A stretch of 64,000 bases of DNA from Leucoraja ocellata (Eukaryota), in contig JAWMAR010000788.1 of NCBI GenBank assembly GCA_036785375.1, positions 1-64,000 of the forward strand, read 5' to 3'. The notes under the pieces are model-generated. The model did no database searches. It worked only from the letters and a program-made list of their open reading frames with translations, and had not been told where the DNA came from. Position numbers and translations under genes: made by a program. Below are positions 35,459 to 48,313 of this stretch, one piece after another. The stretch's first letter is position 1. Every line of letters begins with the position of its first letter.

Positions 35459-36944
35459 TCAGAGCCATGCAGCATGGAAACAGGCCCTTCGGCCCACCTT
35501 GTCCGTGCCAACCAAGTTGCCATACTGGTCCCATTTGCCTCACATCCCTCAATGCCCTTCCTACCCATATATCTGGCCAAATGTCTCTTAACATCATAAA
35601 TGTCATAACCAACCCTTCTCTAGGTTCCCCGAAGCCAAAGATTCCTTCTCTAATTGTGTTGCCACCATCAGTTCTATCCATTCCATCTCATCTTCTTCCT
35701 TCATGCCATCCGGAGTCTTTAAAATTGTGTCCAGAACCGATTCATAATGTATCATCAAAAACACTAGAGGTCTTAATAATAACTTATGGACACACCTATA
35801 TATATGTGTGTGTTTGAGTGGGAGTGTATTGTGTGTGTGTGTGAGTGTGCATGTATATATCTATCTATCTATATTATAAAATTACTAGCATGATTTGATG
35901 GCTATTGTATGTATATATATACACCTCGGTACACGTGACAATAAACTAAACTCAACTACACCTCAGGAAATAGGTCTTAGAGCAGGTTCAAAATGAGTAA
36001 CGTCGTTTCTGGAAAGAGAGCTTTCAGCCACAAGGTTGACAAGAAGCAGATCAGAGTTGTTCTCGTTGGAACAAACCAGGCCGAGTTGAAACTCAAGAGA
36101 ATGCAGGTGCTGGAACCTTGAATAAAGCGCAGAGTGCTGGAGTAACAGCGGTTTCGGCAGCATCTGTGAAGAGAATAGATAGGTGCTGTTTTTGAAGAAG
36201 GGTCCCAATCTGAAACATGCCTTTCCATTCCTTCCACAGATGAAGCGCTGAGAGGAGATGCGAAAGAGTTGTGCAAGATCAAACTGAGTGCTGATCGGGC
36301 ATATAGTGTGAGTCTGCTCCATCAGTGAACAGTTCATAGACCTTAGAGTACAGATTGAAAGTTTGGGGCAAAAGATGTGGTGGCAGATGGATGAGTGGGA
36401 TGGAGGAAAACCTTTCTTCTGGACAGTGCAGGTACATTCGTGTCTGAAGTTCACTGGAAACCGAGACAATTAGAACTTTCAAAGGGAATTGGATAAGCAT
36501 AAGATTAGTCAAGATTTGGAGAAAGAGCAGAACTTGAGGGTGATTGGATTGCACTGCTAAGTGTCAGAAAACTGATGACCAGTTTCCTATTCTTTTAGAT
36601 TCTCTCAGAATAACCCAGGATGCCTCCCACACAAACCAGCTAATTTGGCGACTTTGTGCATGTTGCCAACCTTGTGCACTCATCCTCTTTACTTTGTGTA
36701 TACTCAATGTTACTAAAGCCTCCTCATTCCTAGTGACACTGCCAGCATCTAATTTCCTATCTAATGCCTGAAACCTTTCCACCAGAATAAGTAATTTTGA
36801 TCCCATCCTTAAAACCGCTGTCCTTTCACTTGTAACTCCCCTTCTTGTTAGCAACAAATTCTTTGCCTACTCTCTCTAATTGACATTTCTTGTACCCTGC
36901 ATTTAGCTTGCTTGTCTCGTATACAAGTCGTATAGATTTCATAT

Positions 36945-37230
36945 AGAGGACATAGGTTTAAGGTGTAGGGGAGAAGATTTAATAGGAATCCGAGGGGTAA
37001 CGTTTTCACATAAAGGGCGGTGGGTGTATGGATCGAGCCGCCAGAGGAGGTAGTTGAGGCCAGGACTATCGCAATGTTTAAGAAACAAGAAGACAGGTAC
37101 ATGGATAGGACAGGTTTAGTGGGATATTGGCCAAATGCAGGCTGGTGCGACTAGTGTAGCTGGGACATGTTGGCCGGCGTGGGCAAGATGGGCCAAAGAG
37201 TTTCCATGCTATATGACTCTATGACTCTAA
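36945..37230 (+). mobile_element. CR1 LINE 3' fragment
   Basis: RGHRFKV..F..R.VGVW..LPEEVVEA motif and an (ATGACTCT)n tail. Confidence 0.8.
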
Positions 37231-38239
37231 GGCAGATTGTAATGTCCACATCACTCAAGTTTACATCTGAAACAAGCAGGCAATGGTGGCGGAGGTAACC
37301 CAGAATGGTTGGAGGGATGCAGTAGAAAGTGGCTTAACAGCAAGTCGGAATGTAAGCAGTGCTTACCCTTAAGAACACATGCTGCAGAAAGTGCTCTATA
37401 TGCAGCTGGACACCACTGAGACAGTTAATTCAGCAAGTTATTTTAGGCAGGGGATGAGGATTTCGACTTGCATACAATCTGACTTGTATAAGAGTTCATG
37501 GAACTCAACCCTTACATAAGTCAAGGAATGCCTGTATAGCCTTTCATACCTTCAACATACGAAAATATATCAGCCTCACTGAAATGTCAATATATACTGC
37601 TAGGCTGTGCCATATATATCAAATCTCACTGATGGACATAACACATATGACACAAAAAGCTGGGGTATCTCAGCGGGACAGGCAGCATCTCTGGAGAGAA
37701 GGAAAGGGTGATGTTTCGGGTTGAGACCCTTTCTTTGAAACGTCACCCATTCCTTATATCCGGAGATGTTTTTTGTCCCGCTGAGTTACTCCAACTTTTT
37801 GTGTCTATCTTTGATTGAAACCAGCATCTGCAGTTCCTTCCTGCACATATAGCAGCAACTCACTGACACACAATACATCAGCCATTAACTCACTCCTGTA
37901 CAACATATCTCCCAGTAACCCAGTGGGTCAGGCAGCATCTCTGGAGAGAAGGAATGCACATATCTCCCAGTAATATCACTGATACTCGTCAATATATGTA
38001 TCAGTAATCACACTGTTGTACACATTCTAGCACACCCACCAGTAATCTCAATGATACTCATGTCAACATATCTGCCAGTGATATCACCAATGGATACTAA
38101 TAAATCAGTCTGAAGAAGGGTTTCGGCCCAAACCGTTGCCTATTTCCTTCGCTCCATAGATGCTGTCACACCCACTGAGTTTCTCCAGCATTTTTGTCTA
38201 CCTTTGATTTTCCAACATCTGCAGTTCCTTCTTGAACAA

Positions 38240-38558
38240 TAAATCAAGAGAATCAGGAATGTTTTATTGTGATATCTCCTGAAGCGGAACAATGTGATTC
38301 TAACTCGCACCAGCACAACAGGTTTGTAAACACAATACTCAACAAAAACGTTCAATACATAAAAAGCCCAATGCTGTATAGTGCAAAAACAAAACAAAGC
38401 CCAAAGTCCCTCGTGCAAACAAGGCGTTTTGTGGTTTAGTTGGAGTTCAGTGTTCAATAGTCCCATGGTTATTTGGTAAGAAGCTGTTCCTGAACCTGGA
38501 CAATACAGTTTGCAGACTCCGATACCTTCTCTCTCTCCGATGGCAGGAGTGAGATAAA
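38240..38558 (-). mobile_element. Rex1/Babar LINE 3' fragment
   Basis: RRYRSLQTVLSRFRNSFLP plus a 3' UTR ending in aataaa. Confidence 0.7.
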
Positions 38559-38623
38559 ATATATACCAGTAATCTCACTAACACACAACCTATTAACCAA
38601 CAATTTACTGATATACACTCTAA

Positions 38624-38852
38624 AGGGCCTGACCCACTTGGTGATTTTTTTTCGGCGACTGGCAATGTCATTGACTGACGTATCAGGGTCGCCAAAAGAT
38701 TTTGAACATTTCAAAATCCAGCGGCAACAAATGCAAATGTTGCGACACTTGAGAAACACCACGCATCAACACGTCGTCATGCCACGACTGTTTCCGTGAC
38801 CATCAATGATGCCGGCATTCGCTGAACAAAATCGCCAATTAGGACATGCCCT
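38624..38852. mobile_element. PIF/Harbinger-type MITE (degenerate)
   Basis: TAA TSD (38621-38623, 38853-38855), TIR AGGGCCTGACCCACTTGG, internal near-palindrome gattttgaacatttcaaaatc. Confidence 0.7.
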
Positions 38853-40939
38853 TAACATATCCATCAGTTGTTTCACTGGATGTATGATACCATATTACCA
38901 CATCATAGTGAAATAACTGCCAGCAATATCAGTCTGAAGAAGGGTCTCAACCCTTCGTCACCCAATCCTTCTCTCCAGAGATGCTGCTTGTCCCGCTGAG
39001 TTACTCCAGCATTGTGTGTGTGTACCTGCACTGATGTGAAGCACTTTGGTCAACGTGAGTTGTTTTTAAACATGCTATACAAATAAATGTATTATTATAA
39101 TTATTTTGCAGTATATTTTAGAATATGTAGAGATTGCTATAAATCTTCTGGAGAACCAGCCAATTGTCAAGACAGCAACAACACTGGTGTTGGGGGTTAT
39201 GATGATCAAAGAACAGCTCTCTTGGTGAAAGCAGAGGACTGGCTACGTACTAAAGCAAATTGTCTTAAAAAGTGAGCATGTCATAATAAAATGGTATATA
39301 TAAGGAAACCGGATTGAGTAGAATAAGAGAACAGATAGAAATGAAGTGTGTGAAAGGTTGATAGAGCTCAGCGTACGTCAGCATGTCTGGATGGGATGCA
39401 TCCTTGTCTCAACAAGATGATAAGAACGATGACACTGTTCATTTATCAGTTGTGTGGGGCCCATATCATTGGGCCGGAGACTTGCAAATGATGCATCCTT
39501 GTTTGGTAAGCAAAGTGCTGGAGGAACTCAGCAGGTCAGGCAGGCATCTGTTGTGGAGGGAATGGATGGACAATGTTGCGGGTTTGGACAGGCAATACAA
39601 TCAGTCTGAAGAAGATTCTCGACCACAAACATCGTCTGCCCCGTTCGATACACAGATATCGCCTGATCTGCCGACTTCCTCCAGCACTTTGTATTTTTCT
39701 CACGATTGCAGCATCTGTAGTTAATTGTGTCACTAACTCTAGTCAATGGAGGAGAAATGTGTGACAAGAATTGCTTCTCAAAAGCAGCTGTCATTTTGAA
39801 AAATATATCAAAGAAGCAGGTACATTTATCAATCCAGATTTTATTAACATGAACATATTATTTTATAACTTGGCCTCATGTTTGGCACACACATTGTGGG
39901 CCAAAGAGTCAATTCCTGTTCTGTATTGTTCTATGTTTTGACACTCAATAAAAGAGCTACTGGAAAACTCATTGATTCACGTCCCAGGTCATGTCTATTC
40001 CATCTAGCCTTTCTCCAATATATATTCAGATATTTAAAATTCTTAATTATTATTAAGATGTTGGTTTAATATTCTTCTGAAATTTCCCCCAACAATATTG
40101 CTGTCCACGATATATAACCAGTGCTTTACCAAATGCATGAGCCCTCAAGGTTCAAGACTGTGATAGTACTTTTGATGAATACTGGTACTATTATAGAATT
40201 AATAATACTTAATACTAATAGTACAATTTCTTCCACTTCACTATTGCTGTGAAGAAACAGCAGGCAGTTAAGCTGAAATTGCCACTTCTGTCATGCTAGC
40301 CCTTGTGTGAACAAGATTTCCAACATCACCTCAAGATCTTGCGGTAACTTACACCTTCACCTCAGAAACCTCATTGATCAAGCTGTCGTTTACAATCTAT
40401 TACCTGCAAGGCTTTGTCCTGCCTCTCCTCTCTTCTAGCTTTCTCAACTTGCTATCCTCCCCTCCCCCACAACCCATCCTTCTCCCACAATCAGTCTGAA
40501 GAAGGGTCCCAACTGGAAACGTCATCTATCCATGTTCTCTAGATGCCGCATGACTCTGAGTTACTCCAGCACTTTGTGTCTTTTTTTGTAGATCAGCATC
40601 TGCAGTTCTTGTAATCCAATTATCATTTACATACAAGGATTGTAATCTCAATTTACCCCGGTTACCACGGCTCTCCTGTCTAATCCATCCCGATTCTGGA
40701 TTAGCCTTTACTTTAACAGAGTTCTTCCATCCCAACCCATGTTGTCTCTCCTCTCCGAGTAAGTTACCAAATAGATGAACCCTTAAGGTTTATGGCTGCC
40801 AGGTCACTCCTCCAGGATCCATCCATTCCCTCTGGTAGTTTAGCCCCTGTCCCACAGGTAAATGCAGACATGCAACAAAGGCTTTTCCCCGTACCATGGT
40901 ACAGGTGACAATAAACAATAAACTAACCAAAAACACATT

Positions 40940-41206
40940 GGGTAGGCCATTTTGGACTGAGATGAGGAAAAAAAATTTCACCCAGAGAGTTGTGAATCTG
41001 TGGAATTCTCTGCCGCAGGAGGCCAATTCACTGGATGTCTTCAAGAGAGGGTTAGATTTAGCTCTTAGGACTAAAGGAACCAAGGGATATGGGGGAAAAC
41101 CAGGAGTGGGGTACTGATTTTAGAGGATCAGCCATGATCATATTGAATGGCAGTGCTGGCTCGAAGGGCCGAATGGCCTATTCTTGCACCTATTTTTCTA
41201 TGTTTC
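40940..41206 (+). mobile_element. CR1 LINE 3' fragment
   Basis: GRPFWTEMRKKNFTQRVVNLWNSLPQEANSLDVFKRGLD and the 3' stem-loop. Confidence 0.9.
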
Positions 41207-42675
41207 TAGATCACCAAAGCCACTGTTAAACTGAACAATGTACACACCAGCAAACGTATAATGAAACTCAAGATAGACACAAAATGCTGGAGCAACTCAG
41301 CAGGACAGGCAACATCTCTGAATAGAAGGAATGGGTGATGTTTTGGGTCGAGACCCTTCTTCAGACTGAGAGTCATAGGAAAGGGAGACAAATAGATATA
41401 ATAATTAAACTTGCTGGTACAACATGGCCTTCACACCTACCAGAAAAGCAACTATAAACACCCCAAAAAACTGCAGTAACGTTACTGAATAGGTCATCCA
41501 TAAAAGGCAAACTCAAACTACAACTGTGGTAAATTAGGAATTAGGAATTTTAATTCAGTTGAAACTCATTATTGGTGAAATGTTACGTTATTCTTCAATT
41601 GGAGAATGGCTTCTGCCATCCATGCCAGGTCAAACGTATAGAGACTACAATCCCACCAGCACCAGCTCCGAATCATAGTCAGTACATATATGAAAGGCAA
41701 TGGATTTGCAGCATCGATGGGGCAACAAAGGTTTTGGGGACAGTGCCAGTAATGTCCACATCCTGAAAAAGAATGCTTGAAGACAGCGTTGAATCTGCCC
41801 GACATCTCACTGAAACACTGTTGGCTGTACATTATCAAAATATTTTGATCAGCTTCATTCTGGTGTTTTAGATTGGGTTGTGTAGATGGAAGCTCAGAAA
41901 CAGGCCCTTCAGGCCATGATGTGTGTGCCAAACATGATGCCAAGATAAAATAATCTCCTCTGCCTGCAGTGATCTATACGCCTCCATTCCCTGCATAACT
42001 TGTGCCTATCTAAAAGCCTCTTAAATGCCACTATTGTATCTGCCCCCACCACCACCACCTGTGGCAATGGCCAGGCACCCACCACCCTGTGTAAAAGTCC
42101 TGCCCTGCCCACCTGCTTAAAACTTTGCCACTCTTACCTTAAAGCAATGCCCTCTAGTCTTTAACACTTCCATCTTGTGGAAAAAGAGCTTCTGACCGCC
42201 CACCCTAATGTGCCGCTCTTAATGTTATATACAAATCTCCCCTCAGCCTCTGACAATCAAGAGAAAACAAATCCAAATTTGTCAAATCTCGTCTTGTAAC
42301 TAATACTATTTAATCCATTCAACATTCTCAAACAAGTCTGAAGAAGGGTCTCGACCCGAAACATCGCCTGTTCCTTCTCTCCATAGATGCTGCCTCACCC
42401 GCTGAGTTTTTCCAGCATTTTTCGTCTACCTTCAATTGTTCCAGCTAAGTGCTGGAGGAACTCAGCAGGTCAGGCAGGCATCTGTTGTGGAGGGAATGGA
42501 TAGACAATGTTGCGGGTTCGGATAGGCAATACAATCAGCCTGAAGAAGATTCTCGACCGCAAACATCGTCTGCCCGTTCGCTACACAGATATTGCCTGAT
42601 CTGCCAACTTCCTCCAGCACTACACCTTGTATACTATTTCCCATTCCACAATTTTGTTTTTAAATGAATAGCTTA

Positions 42676-42915
42676 AGGGCTTGTCATATGATGCGAGTTC
42701 ACGCAAGAGCTCTCCCGAGTTTAAAAAAAAATCAAACTCGTGGTAAGTACGTAGAATGTACGTAGCGGCTAAGTCGGAGCTCGTGGATGTCTCGTAGCGG
42801 CTTGTAATGCTAACGGCAGGTACTCAGGAAACGCGGAAACTCGTGAACTTTTTCAACAGTGTGAAAAATTTCCAAGAGTAAAAATACACTCGTGATGAGG
42901 TACCACGAGTTTGAT
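42676..42915. mobile_element. PIF/Harbinger-type MITE (family of 54122-54418, opposite orientation), right end replaced by a SINE tail
   Basis: TTA|AGGGCTTGTC start; sequence switches at GAT(C) into the HE1 3' tail (42913-42980). Confidence 0.75.
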
Positions 42916-45900
42916 CGCTGGTCGGCGCGGACTCGGTAGACCAAAGGGCCCATTTCCATGCTGTATCTCTAAACTAAACAAGCTGGTACAAGATGCCGAG
43001 TTATCGGTTACAAAGCAGGCAGGTGGTCACCTGGACATTTCTTTCATTAAGTTACAATTTGGGATGGGGGCAAGGAAGAAGTAGGAAGGTTGGGGAGGTG
43101 GGCCAAGGGGATGGGTAATGGAAAAATACTGGACAACACAGGGAAGCAACATCAACTAACTAGAATGATGGATGGATGGATATCCTTGGCTTCCTTTTGT
43201 ACTGGAAGTCAGTCCCATTCTTCTGCTGGACAGGCCAAGGTTAATAGTTGTGGACAAAGCAAGGTTAAATTCTTCTGCAATCACTACTGCTAATTAAATA
43301 GTTTTGCAATCTTCATTGCCAAGTGCCCAAGTTTGGATTGGCATCCTCTGTGCCTCTAGCCTCTCCACGTTAATTAAATCCCCAAATCTTGGTCCCAATC
43401 CAATGATAAATTTCTCTTCCAATTTCTGCAAAACAGCCATTGCTCTGAAAGTGCAATGCCCAAAACCGAACACCAGGCACATGGTACCCGAACAAAGACT
43501 TATAAAGAAGATTCAAGGAACTGTAACCTTGAACAAAAACAAAGCGCTCAGCAGGTTATGCAACGTTTGTGGAGGAATGGACAAGTGACATTCGGGTCGG
43601 GACCCTTCTTCACACTGGTGTATATCGAGGATCAATTTATACAGTTTCAGCATTACACCTGAATTATCTGCCTCGTTTATAAATATATATATTTTTTTAA
43701 TTGGTTTATCTTATCCAGTGATAAGACACAAAATGCTGGAGTAACTCAGCGGGCCAGGTAGCGTCTCTGGTGAAAGGGAATGTGATGTTTCAGGTCAAAA
43801 CTCTTTATCAGACTCTTATCCAGTCATCTTTAAAGACGTGTGTGTCCACACACACACTATCTGGTCTCTTCAAAATTGTACTTTTCAGTTCATATTTCTT
43901 CCCATTTGTCCTGCCCAAAGTCTTTGCTTCACAGTTGCATCATTCCATGCGAGTTGCTAATGAACCGCAGAGTGAGTTTCCCAGTGGATGCAAAGGGAGG
44001 GGGAGAATGAGCCCAGAGCATTTGACCACAGATTTCTTCCAGTTTTTGAAGACACAAAGTGATGGAGTAACTCAACGGGTCAGGCAACGTCTTAGAAAAA
44101 TGCAGATACCAATGCAAAAGATGTTTCAGGTCTTCAGACTGCATTGTATTTCTTCCAGTTTACATACAGTTAAAACTCCAAGCGAATTGTGAAAGATGTC
44201 CTTGGCATAAGGCAGTACAACTCCGACAATCTGGCACCTTTGGTGGAGCAGGATTAGCAGAGTTTCCGGACTTTTGGACGTGACTTGGTATTGAGACCCC
44301 AACACGTTATTATTTTGCTTTGTTTGTTTAAACATGTTACAAAGATGATATAGTGAATTTAAAGGTAGTAGGAAATATGCAACGCTCCTGACCCCCCCCA
44401 TTCCATCTACAAACTAACCACGTCCCTGAACCCCGGTGTTCCAGACCACCAGCTACACACCTAGACTACAGTCCAGACCACAGCTCCAGCCACAGATCCC
44501 GCTTGCTCTCTGGACCCTGCCTCTCGATGTTGTAGACCAGTTCAAATGAATCCTGAATCACTGTCGGTTCCCTTGATAACCCATGTAGAGCAAACCATTA
44601 CAGAGCGTTAAGCAGAAGATGTGGCACATCATGTTCCACACAGCAAAGGGGAGAGGAAGAGTGAACTCATTCACCCTGTTGACGCTAATACCACAAGATT
44701 ACCACAAAGCAGGAAGGAGCACTTGACAAGAGCTGTTTGCTTTTTGATAACAACTTATGTTAATGTAGCATCTCGAATGCAGTTAAGTATTTTCAGTTCA
44801 TACGTTTTTGGAGCAGAATTAGGCCATTCAGCCCATCGAGTCTACTCCTCCATTCAATCATGGCTGATCGATCTTTCCCTCTCAACCCCATTCTCCTGCC
44901 TCCTCCCCATAACCCCAGACACCCGTATTAATCAAGAATCTATCAATCTCTGCCAATGTCCATTGACTTGGCCTCCACAGCCTTCTGTGACAATAGATTC
45001 CACCAGTTGAGTTAAAGATCTGTTGCCAAACAAAATCTGAGCCCATGCTAACTAACTCTGATCCCAAAGACGTGCGAGTATACAAGTTAATCAGCCCCTG
45101 TAAATTATCCCTGGTGTGTGGTAGAATGGGAGGATCTGGGGGAGTTGACGAGAATGTGGGGAGAATTACATTTGATGAGATTAGTGTAGGATTAGCGTGA
45201 ATGCATGGTTGATTGTTGGTGGTGGAGTCGATGGGCTGAAGGGCCTGTTCCGGTGCTGTATCTCTCTTTCCTGACTCTGTGAATGAATCTGCTTCCACTG
45301 TCCTTTCAGCCAGGGAACTCTGGCCCGGGAGTATTTGCAGTGCGATAAAAGTTTTGCTCTTATCAACCCCGAGTTCTTTAGCTAATCACTGAATCTATGT
45401 AAAGCACAAGGGACGGCAGCTTGTGTGGAGGCAACTCTTTTTGGGTCAGAATCCTTCTTCACACTGATTGTAGTAGGGGGAAAGAAAGCTGGAAAAGAGG
45501 TGGGGATGGGACAAAGCTTAACAAGCAATAGGTGGATACAGGTGAAAAGGGATGATTGGCGGATCTGTAGAGTAAGTGACAAAGGCTAGAGATAAAAAGG
45601 TGTCTAAAGATTGTCAGATAAGCAGAAGAGTGAAACAGAGCCAGAGGAAGGAATCTCAATGGAAGTGGACAAAAAAGCTGGGGGGGGGTGGACTATGGAA
45701 CAGTGGGAGAAATGGTGAGCACAGGAAAGGAGGAGAGTTGTGGAACAGAAAAGAGAGATTTTAGGTATATGCTCATTATTGTTACATGTACCGAGGTACA
45801 ATAAAAAAGCTTTCCAATCAGATCAGGTAACACGATACATAATTACAATCAAGTCAAATTCAAGTGGAATAAGTAGAGCAAAGGGGAAGATACAGAGTGC

Positions 45901-48104
45901 ATAGTTCTCAGCATTGTAACATACCAGATCAATGTCCACAATGGGGTAGTGGTGAATCAGATGGTACCCCTAGCCCTTGAAGGGGAAGGGGGAAGGGGGA
46001 AGGGTGTGTTACTTAAAATTGGAAAATTCAATGGTCACACACAAGGTGCTGTTGTGTCGGAAGGAACTGCAGATGCTGATTTCCATTGAAGATAGACACA
46101 AAATGCTGGAGTAACTCAGCTGGTAAGGACTTTTCCCGAAACGTCACCAAATCCTTTTCTCCAGAGATGCTGCCTGATCCACTGAGTTACCCCAGCATTT
46201 GGGTGTCTATCTACCAGGTGCTGTTCTTCACTCTGGCGATGGAGGCCCAGGACAAAATTGCCGGTATGAGAATGGGAAGGAGAATTAAAATGGTGAGCTT
46301 CTGTGGCTCCCAACTCACCGGCTTGTGTTTAGAACGAAGGCGAGACAGTGGGCCAGGACAGAGACCCAGAGACGGGGAGGGGGGAGAAGACCATTGAATA
46401 TACACCCCGTCTCTGTTTGTCTCCTTCCCAGCAGATGTTGAGAAGAAGGCGAAATGTCATTTCTCAAGAGCTCCTCCAGCATTCAGCAACTGATACTGGG
46501 CCAGTCAATGGGTGCACAGACACAAAGCTTCATGTTAATTTAGAGAGGGGCAGCGGGGGGGGGGGGCGGGGGGAGGGGAGAGGAGTTGGGGGGGGGGGGG
46601 AGGGGAGGGGGGTTGGTGGAGGGACCTTGGGCACCAAGTTCAGAAGTCAGATTACAACTAAAGTAAAAGACTATAATCACCCCTTCCAAACAGAAATAAA
46701 TTATTACACTGCAGATATTGCTTTGTGGCAAGGGATAGAGGGGAAAAAATAATAATAATAATTTTGAGCAAAAAAAAAGTGATCCTTGCAGGAGTGAGTT
46801 GGAAGGAACTGTAAATGCTGGGTTACACAGAAGGTACACACAAAATGCTGGAGTAACTCAGCGGGTCAGGCAGCATCTCTGGAGAGAAGGAAGATGCTGC
46901 CTGTCCTGCTGAGTTGCTCCAGCGTTTTGTGTATATCTTGCAGGAACGAGCTGTATTGGCAGCCTGTGCCTCAGACAATGGAGCGAGTCAGTGGGCCTGA
47001 ATATCACTGAGTGAGTAACGAGGATCTCGTCTTGTCGAGGCTAAGCAACAATGCAAGTCACTCTAGCATTTTGTGTCTACCTTCCATGCCAAGTGGGACT
47101 GTGGACATGGCCACACCCTGGTCACATTATCATTGGGCTTGTCCCAGCCCCTACAATAGACCTGGGCGCTCTCTTCACCATTCCATTCTGTCTGCCTTCA
47201 ACTCGTGGGTTCCCAAGGAGACTGAGTTGTGAAGGATTACCCGGCCGTAAACCAAATCTCCACAACCCACCCTCCCTCCCTCCTCTACCCCCGACCGTAT
47301 AACCTCCTTCCATCGCGAACACTCGACTTATTGGAAGGGAGGTCTGTGCCTGAATTCACTGCCAGAATTCACTGAACTCCCTTGACCAACTTGGATGAAG
47401 GGCATGTGTGGAAAAAAAACTTAAAAGTGGGATCAAGTATTTCTCCAGGGGAGGAGGGAATGGATTATTTCTTTAGCCTTGTGTTGCTGCGGTTGTGTTA
47501 GCATCATCATATGACGGGCAGCTGCTGTAATCTGCACCTTTTGGAGTTCAAAGCCAAATTCAACAACAAAAATCATCCCGCGAATGGGATGATTTGCAAA
47601 TTTTCCAGCACACAGGAGAGGTTCCAGAATGGGATTCATCGCCTCTTTTTCAACGTTTGATGCAAGTTTACATTAAAGTGTGTGTGTGTGTGTGTGTGAG
47701 AGAGAGTGTGAGTGTGAAACACCCGGCGCCGCAAATGCAAAGGGATTTTGGGGGCAATATTGCGGTCAATCTGCGGGCTTTTGTCTTTCAATGGCCCCAT
47801 TAAACTGCACAACAAATGACCCACTGTATGGCTGAAAGCCGGTGAATTTGGTGAGCGACGCTCAGCAAACACTGGGGCTTTTCTGTACACTTTGAAATCC
47901 GTCTCCTTAAAAAAAAAACCCACACGAGATAAAAATCTGCTGTTTTCGACACAGCCGTTTGCAAGTCAGAAATATAAAGTTTCCCAGATCTTGCAGCTGG
48001 GATCACAAAATTAATTTCGTTCAGTTCAAACACAAAGGGGTTCTTGGAGAATGAAGAGTCGCAGTTAACTGTGAAATGCAGTGATTTGCAACCAACTAAA
48101 ACCA

Positions 48105-48112
48105 TTCCCACG
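48105..48112 (-). promoter_or_regulatory. Candidate CSL/RBPJ site CGTGGGAA in proximal intron 1
   Basis: Exact high-affinity consensus about 140 bp inside intron 1, in unique sequence. Confidence 0.4.
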
Positions 48113-48252
48113 ATCATTCAGCAACACATTATTTTACACAAACATGCCACCTGATACTATGCAGAAAACCCCATCGCAAATCCTGATTTTTTTCCCCCCT
48201 GTATTGTACAAATACTTCTTGCAAATAAAGTTTTCCTTAAATCAAACCGTAC

Positions 48253-48313
48253 CTTCACAAAGCGCCGTCAAACAGACTCCCCAAAGTAAATTCCAGAGTT
48301 TTAAATCCCCCAT
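48253..48313 (-). CDS. NOTCH3: Notch receptor, coding exon 1 (signal peptide MGDLKLWNLLWGVCLTALCE + 1 nt); probably NOTCH3
   Basis: ATG at 48313 in strong Kozak context (gcaATGG), 61 nt encoding a hydrophobic signal peptide, then phase-1 donor G|GTACGG. It lies next to a CpG-rich repeat-free block and splices in frame to the EGF exon at 33700-33781. Notch family assignment is strong; the paralog is inferred from memory of fish Notch3 N-termini. Confidence 0.8.

Larger units (their letters stand above)
37555..38935. repeat. Decayed ~30-35-bp minisatellite (acatat..ccagtaatctcactgat..) interrupted by TE insertions
   Basis: Recurrent cagtaatctcact-like cores at about 37620, 37855, 37970, 38005, 38040, 38078, 38568, 38600 and 38865. 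Confidence 0.6.
33782..48252 (-). other. Notch intron 1 (14,471 bp, phase 1)
   Basis: GT..AG boundaries read directly between the two coding exons; frame is preserved (G|CT = Ala). Confidence 0.8.

Noticed and set aside
46553-46625. Poly-G tracts (also about 25349, 25640, 57921, 59989) as functional G4 elements
   Set aside because: Common throughout the window, often inside repeats, and homopolymer lengths are assembly-error prone.
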